From Acinetobacter wanghuae (GTDB taxonomy: Bacteria > Pseudomonadota > Gammaproteobacteria > Pseudomonadales > Moraxellaceae), in the NCBI RefSeq assembly GCF_009557235.1, contig NZ_CP045650.1, forward strand, positions 990,001-1,022,000: 32,000 bases of DNA, read 5' to 3'. Made by a program: the position numbers and the translations under genes. Positions 1-7,028 of this stretch are shown piece after piece. How positions within the stretch are numbered: position 1 is the stretch's first letter; each line of letters starts with the position of its first letter. Below the pieces are notes generated by a model. The model was not told the DNA's origin. It did no database searches and was given only the letters and a program-made list of their open reading frames with translations.

Positions 1-105
1 GAAGAGGGTTGGACGCGTCAGAGCTGCTATACTTGGCACGGCTGCAAATTCATTGTCCAAGAGACATTTTTAGCTACATTTGAAGACTATATACAGAAAT
101 CTTAA
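1..105 (+). CDS. ubiC: Chorismate pyruvate-lyase, 3' end only (start lies outside the window)
   Basis: Frame 1 is open from base 1 to TAA at 103-105 (...GCKFIVQETFLATFEDYIQKS*). It ends 12 nt before ubiA, which matches the conserved ubiC-ubiA arrangement. The C-terminal ...QETFL... resembles the ...TELFLP... end of E. coli UbiC. Confidence 0.5.
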   Translation, partial: EEGWTRQSCYTWHGCKFIVQETFLATFEDYIQKS

Positions 106-117
106 GGCTTAACTTTT

Positions 118-1002
118 ATGTCTACCGCACAGGCAACCACATGGCGCGAACGATTGAGCGCTTATTATTATTTATGTCGCTTTGATAAACCCATCGGCAC
201 AGAATTAGTATTTTGGCCTACTATGTGGGCATTATGGGTTGCTAATCAAGGTACACCAAGCTTCGAAATTTTAATTCCCATGATTTTAGGCACGATTTTT
301 ATGCGCGCTGCGGGCTGTGCCATTAATGATTTTGCTGATCGTAAAGTTGATGGGGCGGTAGAACGCACGAAAACGCGTCCTCTAGCAACGGGTGTGATCA
401 AAGCGCGTGAAGCTATTTATGTGTTTTTGGCATTGGTGTTTGCTAGTGCTTGTATGCTCTTTTTCTTGCCGATTGAAACCTTTTATTGGTCATTTGGTGC
501 ATTGTTTTTAGCCTTTATTTACCCATTTATGAAGCGCTACACGCATTTGCCGCAAGTGTTTTTGGGGGCGGCATTTTCATGGTCAATTCCGATGGCATAT
601 ACCGCAGTAGGTGTTGAGCCTAATCTCACCTGTTGGCTTTTATACTTCGGTAACTTAGCATGGACAGTGGCGTATGACACGCAATATGCCATTACCGATC
701 GTGAATATGATTTAAAAATTGGTGTGAAATCGACCGCCATACTCTTTGGTAAGTTTGATATTCAAATCATTTCATTGCTGCAATTGCTCAGTATTGTTTT
801 GATTGGTACCGCGTTAGCAATTGAAGATTTATTGATGCCTTTTGGCTTAATTGCCTTGGCTGCAGTAGGGGTTGATTTCATCTATCAGTGGACAAAAACC
901 AAGGATCGAAATCCACAATTATGTTTTTGGGCATTTCGACATAATCGTTGGGTGGGTTTGATGATCTTTGTAGGGATTCTTGCAGCCTTATTAATAAATT
1001 AA
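118..1002 (+). CDS. ubiA: 4-hydroxybenzoate polyprenyltransferase
   Basis: The 294-aa ORF is colinear with E. coli UbiA. It has the motifs [33 protein letters not shown] and AYDTQYA and is a polytopic membrane protein. Confidence 0.95.
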   Translation: MSTAQATTWRERLSAYYYLCRFDKPIGTELVFWPTMWALWVANQGTPSFEILIPMILGTIFMRAAGCAINDFADRKVDGAVERTKTRPLATGVIKAREAIYVFLALVFASACMLFFLPIETFYWSFGALFLAFIYPFMKRYTHLPQVFLGAAFSWSIPMAYTAVGVEPNLTCWLLYFGNLAWTVAYDTQYAITDREYDLKIGVKSTAILFGKFDIQIISLLQLLSIVLIGTALAIEDLLMPFGLIALAAVGVDFIYQWTKTKDRNPQLCFWAFRHNRWVGLMIFVGILAALLIN

Positions 1003-1022
1003 TAGCCAATACAATGAATTAC

Positions 1023-1051
1023 AAAAAGCACCTTAATGAGGTGCTTTTTTT
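1023..1051 (+). terminator. Rho-independent terminator after ubiA
   Basis: Stem gcacct (1028-1033) pairs with aggtgc (1039-1044). A T7 run follows at 1045-1051 and an A-run precedes the stem. Confidence 0.7.
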
Positions 1052-1109
1052 ATGTTTAATTAAATGAATCTCTTGATGAGAGAAAGTAATAACAATAAGG
1101 AAATACAAA

Positions 1110-2327
1110 ATGAAGCAGAATATAAAAAATATAGCGTTAACGGTTTTATGTGGCTCACTGCTACTAAGTGGTTGTGGTAGTGATGATAATGATACGGTCA
1201 TTATTGAAACGGGACCTGTGAAAACCTTCAACGTTGATGGGGATGTAGCTAAAGTCGTCAATAAGCATGATGTATTCACTTATCCAATGATGAGCGTGAC
1301 GGGTAAAATGGTGACAGCCACGACTCTAGTCTTTACGCCTAAAGGGAATGCACCTCAAGGGGGCTGGCCAATTGTGGTATGGGCGCATGGAACGACAGGT
1401 GCTGCTGATAAATGTGCACCATCACGTTTAGCATTAGCATCGCCTGAAAAACAACTGATTATGGGATTGGTGCAAAAAGGTTATGCTGTGATTGCACCTG
1501 ATTACGAGGGGCTTGGGAATGACAATGTGCCACATCCATATTTACATTTAACAAGTGCAGCAAATTCAATTTTATCGGCTATTCATGAAGCACGTAAATT
1601 TTATGGCGATGAATTGGGTCGTGAGTGGAGCGTCATTGGTTGGTCACAAGGAGGGCATGCAGCATTAGCGGCAGCTGAATACCAAAAGGCTTTATTAGGT
1701 TATAAGTTCAAGGGAACTGTTGCAATTGCACCTGCTTCTTATTTGGCAGAAACTTTGAATTATGGCATGGGTGTCGCGAATCAATATGCAGGATCTGTGC
1801 AAACTTTACCTGTAGCAAAACAGATTGCGGGAACATTATATGGTTATGCAGCTATTGTGAGTTCAGGTATTAAAGCGGCAAATCCCACATTTAATTATAA
1901 TCAAGCGTTTTTGGCAGATAAGGTCGATATTGCGAAAAATGCCGAATTAGAGTGCTCACCACAGGTGGCTGAGAAATTTAGAGATGATATCGATCTTTTC
2001 TTGAGTTCATCTTCAAATGGTGGTTTCTCTGCTTATCAAGCGCTACAACCTAAATTTTTATTGGATGCTGATGTTCGTGCATATTTGTCAGAAAACTTGC
2101 CAGCTCAAAATAAAATAACCAATAAAGTCTATGTGTATCAGGGGACGGGCGATACTACAGTCCCTGCACAAATTACAGTTGATTATCTACTTCCTGATTT
2201 AATAGCGGCAGTAGAAAAGCCTGATCATCTTATTTTTAGAGCGAAACCTGATGCGACTCATCAAACGATTATGACCGATTATACTTCTGAATTGGTAGAT
2301 ACGGTCGATTCTTTGATGAAGGAATAA
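1110..2327 (+). CDS. Lipoprotein alpha/beta-hydrolase, secretory-lipase (LIP)-like
   Basis: The signal peptide has the lipobox LLLSG-C (MKQNIKNIALTVLCGSLLLSGCGS). The nucleophile elbow is GWSQGGHA, and WAHGTTG and APDYEGLG are typical of LIP-type hydrolases. Confidence 0.75.
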   Translation: MKQNIKNIALTVLCGSLLLSGCGSDDNDTVIIETGPVKTFNVDGDVAKVVNKHDVFTYPMMSVTGKMVTATTLVFTPKGNAPQGGWPIVVWAHGTTGAADKCAPSRLALASPEKQLIMGLVQKGYAVIAPDYEGLGNDNVPHPYLHLTSAANSILSAIHEARKFYGDELGREWSVIGWSQGGHAALAAAEYQKALLGYKFKGTVAIAPASYLAETLNYGMGVANQYAGSVQTLPVAKQIAGTLYGYAAIVSSGIKAANPTFNYNQAFLADKVDIAKNAELECSPQVAEKFRDDIDLFLSSSSNGGFSAYQALQPKFLLDADVRAYLSENLPAQNKITNKVYVYQGTGDTTVPAQITVDYLLPDLIAAVEKPDHLIFRAKPDATHQTIMTDYTSELVDTVDSLMKE

Positions 2328-2341
2328 TTATCATGTAAAAG

Positions 2342-2369
2342 AAAAGCACCTGAACGAGGTGCTTTTTTT
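2342..2369 (+). terminator. Rho-independent terminator after the lipase gene
   Basis: Stem gcacct (2346-2351) pairs with aggtgc (2357-2362), followed by a T7 run at 2363-2369. The stem and tail are nearly identical to the terminator at 1023-1051. Confidence 0.7.
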
Positions 2370-2476
2370 ATTTGGAGTAAATTCGCGGCTATACAACATG
2401 CATGATGCGTTGAGTAAATATCTGCATTTGCTATATTGGTGAATCCATGAGCATTGAATAAAGCGTTTAGAATTTT

Positions 2477-2701
2477 ATGTCAGAACAGCCACAGCCGCGC
2501 AGTATTAAAAAACTTGTAATTTTGGGAACATTGGGTTTATGTGTGCCTATTTTGTTGGTAAGCGTAGCATTTTTAGCAGTAAATAGTGATGCAAAAAATC
2601 AGGAAAAGTATAAGCAACAACACGCTGAAATGCTTGAGCGGATTGAAGCGCGTAAAGTTGCAGAGCAAGCTGCTTCAGAACGAACAATACAACCTAAATA
2701 G
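2477..2701 (+). CDS. Hypothetical small membrane-anchored protein (74 aa)
   Basis: The ORF has one predicted TM helix (LVILGTLGLCVPILLVSVAFLAV) followed by a charged helical tail. It has no clear Shine-Dalgarno sequence and I recognise no homolog. Confidence 0.35.
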   Translation: MSEQPQPRSIKKLVILGTLGLCVPILLVSVAFLAVNSDAKNQEKYKQQHAEMLERIEARKVAEQAASERTIQPK

Positions 2702-2706
2702 TTCAG

Positions 2707-3150
2707 TTACTTTAAGTCCCGTTGCAACTGACGTACTGTTGGAATCTCGGTATAGCGCATGACCATATAGCCCGCAGCAATCAACATTGCATCACGCTCG
2801 GCATCTTCTTGTTCTTTACCAATATGCGTTGGGTCATCAAGTTCAATAATCGCAATGACTTTGTAACTTTGATCGAGTAAAACAAAGTCGGTGACCTTTC
2901 GATTAAATTTGGCACGCATCTTCATATTGTCGTGGGTAATGAGTGCACTAAATGCCACTTGAGCCAACACATGATGATGGGGAAATGCTTCATTTAAACG
3001 TTTGAACAGACGACTTTCGAAGTTAGTAATGACTGGCTTTGGATAAAACGTTTGCTTACGCGTAAATAGGTTGGGAAACACAAGGCACATTAATGCAAAG
3101 CTGGCAAAGCAACCGATAACGAAGAAAATAATTTGACTTAAATGCGGCAC
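2707..3150 (-). CDS. DUF2726-like protein (restriction-endonuclease-like fold) with an N-terminal TM helix
   Basis: The core motif DFVLLDQSYKVIAIIELDDPTH...ERDAML..AGY fits the DUF2726/Vsr-like pattern. The start is GTG at 3150 with no obvious SD. Confidence 0.65.
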   Translation of the reverse strand: MPHLSQIIFFVIGCFASFALMCLVFPNLFTRKQTFYPKPVITNFESRLFKRLNEAFPHHHVLAQVAFSALITHDNMKMRAKFNRKVTDFVLLDQSYKVIAIIELDDPTHIGKEQEDAERDAMLIAAGYMVMRYTEIPTVRQLQRDLK

Positions 3151-3174
3151 GAGAGAACTTAATTAGGACAAAAG

Positions 3175-3207
3175 AAAAAAGCCCACTTCGTAATGAGTGG
3201 GCTTTTT
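3175..3207 (-). terminator. Rho-independent (bidirectional-type) terminator downstream of tRNA-Asn pair 1
   Basis: Stem gcccact (3181-3187) pairs with agtgggc (3196-3202). The A6 run at 3175-3180 gives a U-tract on the minus strand, and a T5 run lies at 3203-3207. Confidence 0.75.
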
Positions 3208-3214
3208 AGAATCT

Positions 3215-3290
3215 TGGCTCTTCCACCTGGGCTCGAACCAGGGACCTGCGGATTAACAGTCCGTCGCTCTACCGACTGAGCTATGGAAGA
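3215..3290 (-). tRNA. tRNA-Asn (GTT), acceptor-stem variant A, CCA encoded
   Basis: The reverse complement folds by hand as a 76-nt cloverleaf: TCTTCCA TA GCTC AGTCGGTA GAGC G ACGGA CTGTTAA TCCGC AGGTC CCTGG TTCGAGC CCAGG TGGAAGA G CCA. The anticodon is GTT. Confidence 0.95.
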
Positions 3291-3295
3291 ATAGA

Positions 3296-3371
3296 TGGCT
3301 CTCCAACCTGGGCTCGAACCAGGGACCTGCGGATTAACAGTCCGTCGCTCTACCGACTGAGCTATTGGAGA
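3296..3371 (-). tRNA. tRNA-Asn (GTT), acceptor-stem variant B, CCA encoded
   Basis: The body is the same as 3215-3290, but the acceptor stem is TCTCCAA/TTGGAGA. Only a 5-nt spacer separates it from the neighbouring tRNA. Confidence 0.95.
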
Positions 3372-3382
3372 ATCTGAAAGCG

Positions 3383-3410
3383 ATTATAGAGAGATTTTGA
3401 AAGGGGTCAA
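3383..3410 (-). promoter_or_regulatory. Sigma-70 promoter for tRNA-Asn pair 1
   Basis: On the minus strand: TTGACC (plus 3405-3410), a 16-nt spacer, then TATAAT (plus 3383-3388). The -10 box lies 12 nt upstream of the mature tRNA 5' end. Confidence 0.6.
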
Positions 3411-3579
3411 GGAACTTTTAAGAAAAAGCGGTGAAAAGCCTATTAAGTGTTTTAAAAATAATCTAAAGCCATCTAAGGTCACAATTTTAGCTTTAATCTT
3501 AAGTACATGTGTTTTTGAATAGCATTTCAAAATGGGATTAAAAGCATCATTTTATTTTTAGATTTTAAAATGTAGACAT

Positions 3580-3614
3580 AAAAAAAGCCCACTTCGTAAT
3601 GAGTGGGCTTTTTT
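3580..3614 (-). terminator. Rho-independent (bidirectional-type) terminator downstream of tRNA-Asn pair 2
   Basis: It has the same hairpin as 3181-3202 (gcccact/agtgggc at 3587-3608), flanked by an A7 run and a T6 run. Confidence 0.75.
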
Positions 3615-3621
3615 AGAATCT

Positions 3622-3697
3622 TGGCTCTTCCACCTGGGCTCGAACCAGGGACCTGCGGATTAACAGTCCGTCGCTCTACCGACTGAGCTATGGAAGA
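3622..3697 (-). tRNA. tRNA-Asn (GTT), variant A
   Basis: The sequence is identical to 3215-3290. Confidence 0.95.
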
Positions 3698-3702
3698 ATA
3701 GA

Positions 3703-3778
3703 TGGCTCTCCAACCTGGGCTCGAACCAGGGACCTGCGGATTAACAGTCCGTCGCTCTACCGACTGAGCTATTGGAGA
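3703..3778 (-). tRNA. tRNA-Asn (GTT), variant B
   Basis: The sequence is identical to 3296-3371. Confidence 0.95.
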
Positions 3779-3789
3779 ATCTGATGCGC

Positions 3790-3818
3790 ATTTTAGGCAG
3801 GAATATTCAGGTCGTCAA
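3790..3818 (-). promoter_or_regulatory. Sigma-70 promoter for tRNA-Asn pair 2
   Basis: On the minus strand: TTGACG (plus 3813-3818), a 17-nt spacer, then TAAAAT (plus 3790-3795). The -10 box is again 12 nt upstream of the tRNA 5' end. Confidence 0.55.
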
Positions 3819-3877
3819 CCAAATAATGTAAAGAAATGAATCATTTGCTTTAATAATATGCATTTAATAAATCAAAA

Positions 3878-3909
3878 TAAAAAAAACCACCCATAAAAGG
3901 TGGTTTTTT
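3878..3909 (-). terminator. Rho-independent terminator after sodB
   Basis: Stem accacc (3886-3891) pairs with ggtggt (3899-3904). The long A-run on the plus strand gives a U-run of about 9 on the minus strand. Confidence 0.8.
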
Positions 3910-3926
3910 ATGCAAGAAATAAAGAA

Positions 3927-4553
3927 TTATTTCTCTACACCAGCTTCTTGACCAGCGTATTTCGCATTTGCATAATCCCAGTTTACAAGGCTTTCTAGGA
4001 AAGTTTTGATGTAAGCAGGACGAGCGTTACGGAAATCGATGTAGTAAGCATGTTCCCAAACGTCAATCGTCAATACTGCAACTTTGCCGTGTGCAAGAGG
4101 CGTGTCAGCATTTGCAGTTTTAAGGATCGATAAGTTACCGTTTACTTCGTCAGCAACCAACCAAGCCCAACCTGAACCGAATTGAGTTGTTGCAGCAGCA
4201 GCGAACTCTTCAGCAAATTTTTCATAAGAACCGAAAGCTTCGTCAATTTTAGCCGCTAAAGCGCCAGTTGCTTTACCGCCACCGTTTTTAGCCATACAGT
4301 TCCAGTAGAATGTGTGGTTCCAAACTTGAGCAGCATTGTTAAATACACCTGCTTTAGATGCATCGCCAGCAGTCGCTGTGATGATTTCTTCTAAAGTTTT
4401 ACCTTCAAGGTCAGTGCCTTTGATTAAGTTGTTTAGGTTAACAACATAAGTATTGTGGTGTTTGTCGTGATGGTATTCTAAAGTTTCTTTGCTGATGTGT
4501 GGAGCAAGATCTTCGTAACCGTATGGTAATGCTGGTAAAGTAATGGTTGTCAT
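3927..4553 (-). CDS. sodB: Iron superoxide dismutase
   Basis: Motifs LPALPYGYEDLAPHIS..TLEYHHDKHH, AAQVWNHTFYW and DVWEHAYYID are present. I place the start at the internal ATG (MTTITLPALPY) because AAGGA lies about 9 nt upstream. The listed ORF extends 12 codons further, to 4589. Confidence 0.95.
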   Translation of the reverse strand: MTTITLPALPYGYEDLAPHISKETLEYHHDKHHNTYVVNLNNLIKGTDLEGKTLEEIITATAGDASKAGVFNNAAQVWNHTFYWNCMAKNGGGKATGALAAKIDEAFGSYEKFAEEFAAAATTQFGSGWAWLVADEVNGNLSILKTANADTPLAHGKVAVLTIDVWEHAYYIDFRNARPAYIKTFLESLVNWDYANAKYAGQEAGVEK

Positions 4554-4708
4554 GTTTTCAATTCCTTGCATTTTGCTGGGTTTTGACATTAAGTGGCTTT
4601 ATTGTAATAGATTATTGGACAAAAATGCGCATTGCGTTTAAATAACAATACAGAATAAAGCCTGAAAATATACGTATAAAGCCTAGGTCAAATTTCCCTT
4701 AGAACGAA

Positions 4709-5467
4709 TTAAATCGGATTGTTCAATTCGAAATAACTATACTCAATATTGAACTGTTCTGAAATAGCTTTTGCGAGTCGTTGCACGCCATATTTTTCAG
4801 TCGCATGATGTCCACATGCATAATAATGCACATTGAGTTCTTGGGCTTCATAGAAAGTACGTTCAGAGACTTCACCTGAAATATAGGCATCACAATGTTG
4901 CTCGGCTGCTTTATGAATATAATCCTGCGCACCACCCGTACAAAAACCGACTTTAAGAATTTCTGTTTTATCCGCAGGTAAATGAATAGTATCAAAACCT
5001 AATTTTTCAGACGCAAACGCTTTAAATTGCTCAGGGCTCATCGGCTGTTTTAAATAACCAATATTGCCAATGGGGTGACGTTCGCTCGGATCAAGTGCTT
5101 CAATACGCTCAAGTTCAAGCAAATCTGCAATGGCTGCGTTATTGCCTAAACTCGGATGACTATCTAAAGGCAGATGATATCCGACTAAAGAAATGTCATT
5201 TTTAATTAAAGCTTTAATGCGTTTTCCGCGCATGCCTGTAATGGGATAAGCTTCGCCTTTCCAAAAATAGCCATGATGCGCCAATAACAGATCAGCACCC
5301 TGTGCAATAGCAGCATCGACTGCGGTCTGTGATGCCGATACAGCACACAAAATTTTATTGACCTCAGTTTTTCCTTCAATTTGTAGACCATTTGGCGCAT
5401 AGTCTTTAAATGCTGAGGCAGACAAGGTCTGGTCACACCACTGAATAATCTCTTTTAAATAAGCCAT
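4709..5467 (-). CDS. Nif3-family dinuclear-metal-centre protein (YbgI-like)
   Basis: The ORF is colinear with E. coli YbgI, with DYAPNGLQIEGK, HHGYFWKGE, GYHLPLDSHP.LGNNA and ACGHHATE. Confidence 0.9.
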   Translation of the reverse strand: MAYLKEIIQWCDQTLSASAFKDYAPNGLQIEGKTEVNKILCAVSASQTAVDAAIAQGADLLLAHHGYFWKGEAYPITGMRGKRIKALIKNDISLVGYHLPLDSHPSLGNNAAIADLLELERIEALDPSERHPIGNIGYLKQPMSPEQFKAFASEKLGFDTIHLPADKTEILKVGFCTGGAQDYIHKAAEQHCDAYISGEVSERTFYEAQELNVHYYACGHHATEKYGVQRLAKAISEQFNIEYSYFELNNPI

Positions 5468-5634
5468 AATGATCTCTTAAATGCGCGATAAGGATTATCA
5501 AAGCATATTTTGCATGGTAACTAAAGCCGCACAAATCTCTTTTGCTTTTTTATGTTGCATTTTTTATTTAAGATTACAATATTGACGAATTTACTTTTGC
5601 CATCAACGAATTAAAACATTTAGAGGATGAGGAC

Positions 5635-6825
5635 GTGCGCAAGACCTTTACATGGTTACCTTGGGTGTTACTAATATTTGTGATTGTTGGTTTTTTGGGT
5701 TGGCAACAATTTAATAAACCGAAACCACCTGTTGCTATTGATGGCGTAAAAATGCCTGCTGAAAAAGTGGAGCCTTTAATTAACACGACTCGAACTGGGG
5801 GTGTTGTGTCTTATAGCGCTGCAGTGAAAGTTGCGGCTCCTGCGGTTGTGAATGTATTTACCACGCAAAAAGTTAAACAACAGACCAATCCACTCCTGAA
5901 TGATCCTGTTATTCGTGAGTTCTTTGGCAATCAATTACCTGATCAATTTAAACAAGCACCAAATGAAAACAGTTTGGGTTCTGGAGTGATTGTACGCAAA
6001 GACGGTTATATTTTGACGAATAACCATGTGATTGCTCAGGCAGATCAGATTGTGGTTGGCTTACAAGATGGTCGTCGTGCTTTAGCGACTGTGGTTGGTA
6101 CAGATCCTGAAACTGATTTAGCCGTCATTAAAATTGATTTAGATGATTTGCCAGTATTGCCATTTAAACTCAGTGGTAATGAAGTCGGTGATGTTGTACT
6201 TGCCATTGGTAATCCATTTGGTGTCGGGCAAACAGTCACACAAGGGATTATTTCAGCGACAGGTCGTTCAGATTTAGGCATCAATACCTATGAAGACTTT
6301 ATTCAAACCGATGCTGCGATTAATCCTGGGAATTCTGGTGGTGCTTTAATTGACGTCGCAGGGAACTTAATTGGGGTTAATACTGCGATCTTCTCGCAAT
6401 CGGGTGGTTCACTCGGCATTGGTTTCGCAATTCCCGCTAAGATCTGTCAACAAGTGCTTAATGCAATTCTAAAAGATGGTCGCGTAGTGCGTGGTTATCT
6501 TGGGATTGGTCTCGCACCAGCGGTACAAGAGGACTTCTTAAAACCGAAAACCGTAGGCGTGGTGGTTGCCAATGTTGAGCCGAATGGTCCGGCAGCACAA
6601 GCAGGCTTGCAAAAAGGTGATGTGATTTTAAGCGTGAATGATGAAGTGATTAGCTCTGCATCACATTTGGTGAATTATGTCGCACTGCAAATGCCAAATA
6701 GCACGGTCAAAGTCTCATTGGAACGAGACTCAAAACCACTAACTTTAGATGTGAAAATTGGCGAGCGTAAAATGCAGACTCGAAATGCGCAGTCGCAATA
6801 TATTCCGCTGCCTGAACCGCAATAA
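5635..6825 (+). CDS. S1C serine endoprotease, DegS/AlgW-like (N-terminal membrane anchor, one PDZ domain)
   Basis: The start is GTG, preceded by GAGGATGAGGA. Motifs YSAAVKVAAPAVVNVF, TNNHV, DLAVIKI, GNSGGAL and GDVVLAIGNPFGVGQTVTQGIISATGR match DegS. The C-terminal PDZ contains GLQKGDVILSVND. Confidence 0.9.
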   Translation: MRKTFTWLPWVLLIFVIVGFLGWQQFNKPKPPVAIDGVKMPAEKVEPLINTTRTGGVVSYSAAVKVAAPAVVNVFTTQKVKQQTNPLLNDPVIREFFGNQLPDQFKQAPNENSLGSGVIVRKDGYILTNNHVIAQADQIVVGLQDGRRALATVVGTDPETDLAVIKIDLDDLPVLPFKLSGNEVGDVVLAIGNPFGVGQTVTQGIISATGRSDLGINTYEDFIQTDAAINPGNSGGALIDVAGNLIGVNTAIFSQSGGSLGIGFAIPAKICQQVLNAILKDGRVVRGYLGIGLAPAVQEDFLKPKTVGVVVANVEPNGPAAQAGLQKGDVILSVNDEVISSASHLVNYVALQMPNSTVKVSLERDSKPLTLDVKIGERKMQTRNAQSQYIPLPEPQ

Positions 6826-6836
6826 TCACTCTGCTT

Positions 6837-6865
6837 TAAAAATCCCTCTTCGGAGGGATTTTTTA
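6837..6865 (+). terminator. Rho-independent terminator after the protease gene
   Basis: Stem atccctc (6842-6848) pairs with gagggat (6853-6859) around a ttcg loop, followed by a T-run. Confidence 0.8.
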
Positions 6866-6950
6866 CGTCAAAAAAATATACATACTGTTGGTTTAGTGAT
6901 GGGTATTTATATTGATGAGATAAAATATAACGCTATAGCGATGAAGGAAT

Positions 6951-6966
6951 TTGAATATTTGGTCAA
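6951..6966. promoter_or_regulatory. Candidate RutR-type operator
   Basis: TTGAATAttTGGTCAA matches the E. coli RutR box TTGACCAnnTGGTCAA at 12 of 14 specified positions. It lies 15 nt upstream of the rutD -24 element. Confidence 0.3.
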
Positions 6967-6980
6967 AAAAATACCAAATT

Positions 6981-6996
6981 AGGCACGTATCTTGCT
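6981..6996 (+). promoter_or_regulatory. Sigma-54 (-24/-12) promoter of rutD
   Basis: AGGCACGtatcTTGCT matches the consensus TGGCACG-N4-TTGCW. The GG and GC spacing is exact, and the site is 33 nt upstream of the ATG at 7029. Confidence 0.6.
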
Positions 6997-7028
6997 CAAT
7001 AACAGGCAAATGTTATATAGAGAAATGT

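Larger units (their letters stand above)
3175..3377 (-). repeat. Direct repeat copy 1 (terminator plus two tRNA-Asn genes plus a 6-nt leader)
   Basis: It is identical to 3581-3784 except for a 1-nt difference in the T-run (T5 versus T6). Similarity decays just before the -10 boxes. Confidence 0.9.
3581..3784 (-). repeat. Direct repeat copy 2 (terminator plus two tRNA-Asn genes plus a 6-nt leader)
   Basis: See copy 1 at 3175-3377. The copies are offset by 406-407 bp. Confidence 0.9.

Noticed and set aside
537-740. Many short ORFs in the supplied track lie antisense to, or nested inside, larger conserved genes. Examples: 537-740, 1019-1279, 4723-4995, 5206-5436, 6045-6284, 7369-7557, 8414-8611, 10124-10357, 11106-12179, 13896-14096, 16804-17216, 17471-17797, 18366-18581, 19414-19742, 20485-20676, 21309-21566, 22240-23313, 23856-24050, 25474-25897, 26383-27564, 28583-29031 and 29811-30107.
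   Set aside because: Each is fully overlapped by a longer ORF with a clear homology signal. They have odd composition (Cys, Arg and His-rich, low complexity), no SD and no recognisable motifs. They look like shadow ORFs.
3175-3785. The possibility that the repeated units near 3.2-3.8 kb are a CRISPR array or a mobile-element att site or integration hotspot.
   Set aside because: The repeats are complete tRNA genes plus terminators, not 25-40-bp CRISPR repeats. No integrase, transposase or partial tRNA direct repeat is nearby.
4553-4589. The longer sodB start (MSKPSKMQGIEN...).
   Set aside because: FeSOD homologs begin at the ...TLPALPY motif, and a good SD (AAGGA) precedes the internal ATG at 4553.
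6758-7028. ORF 6758-6982, and the 26-codon N-terminal extension of the rutD ORF (6951-7028).
   Set aside because: They run through the protease terminator hairpin and the predicted sigma-54 promoter and operator. The extension has no counterpart in RutD homologs, and the ATG at 7029 aligns with the E. coli N-terminus.
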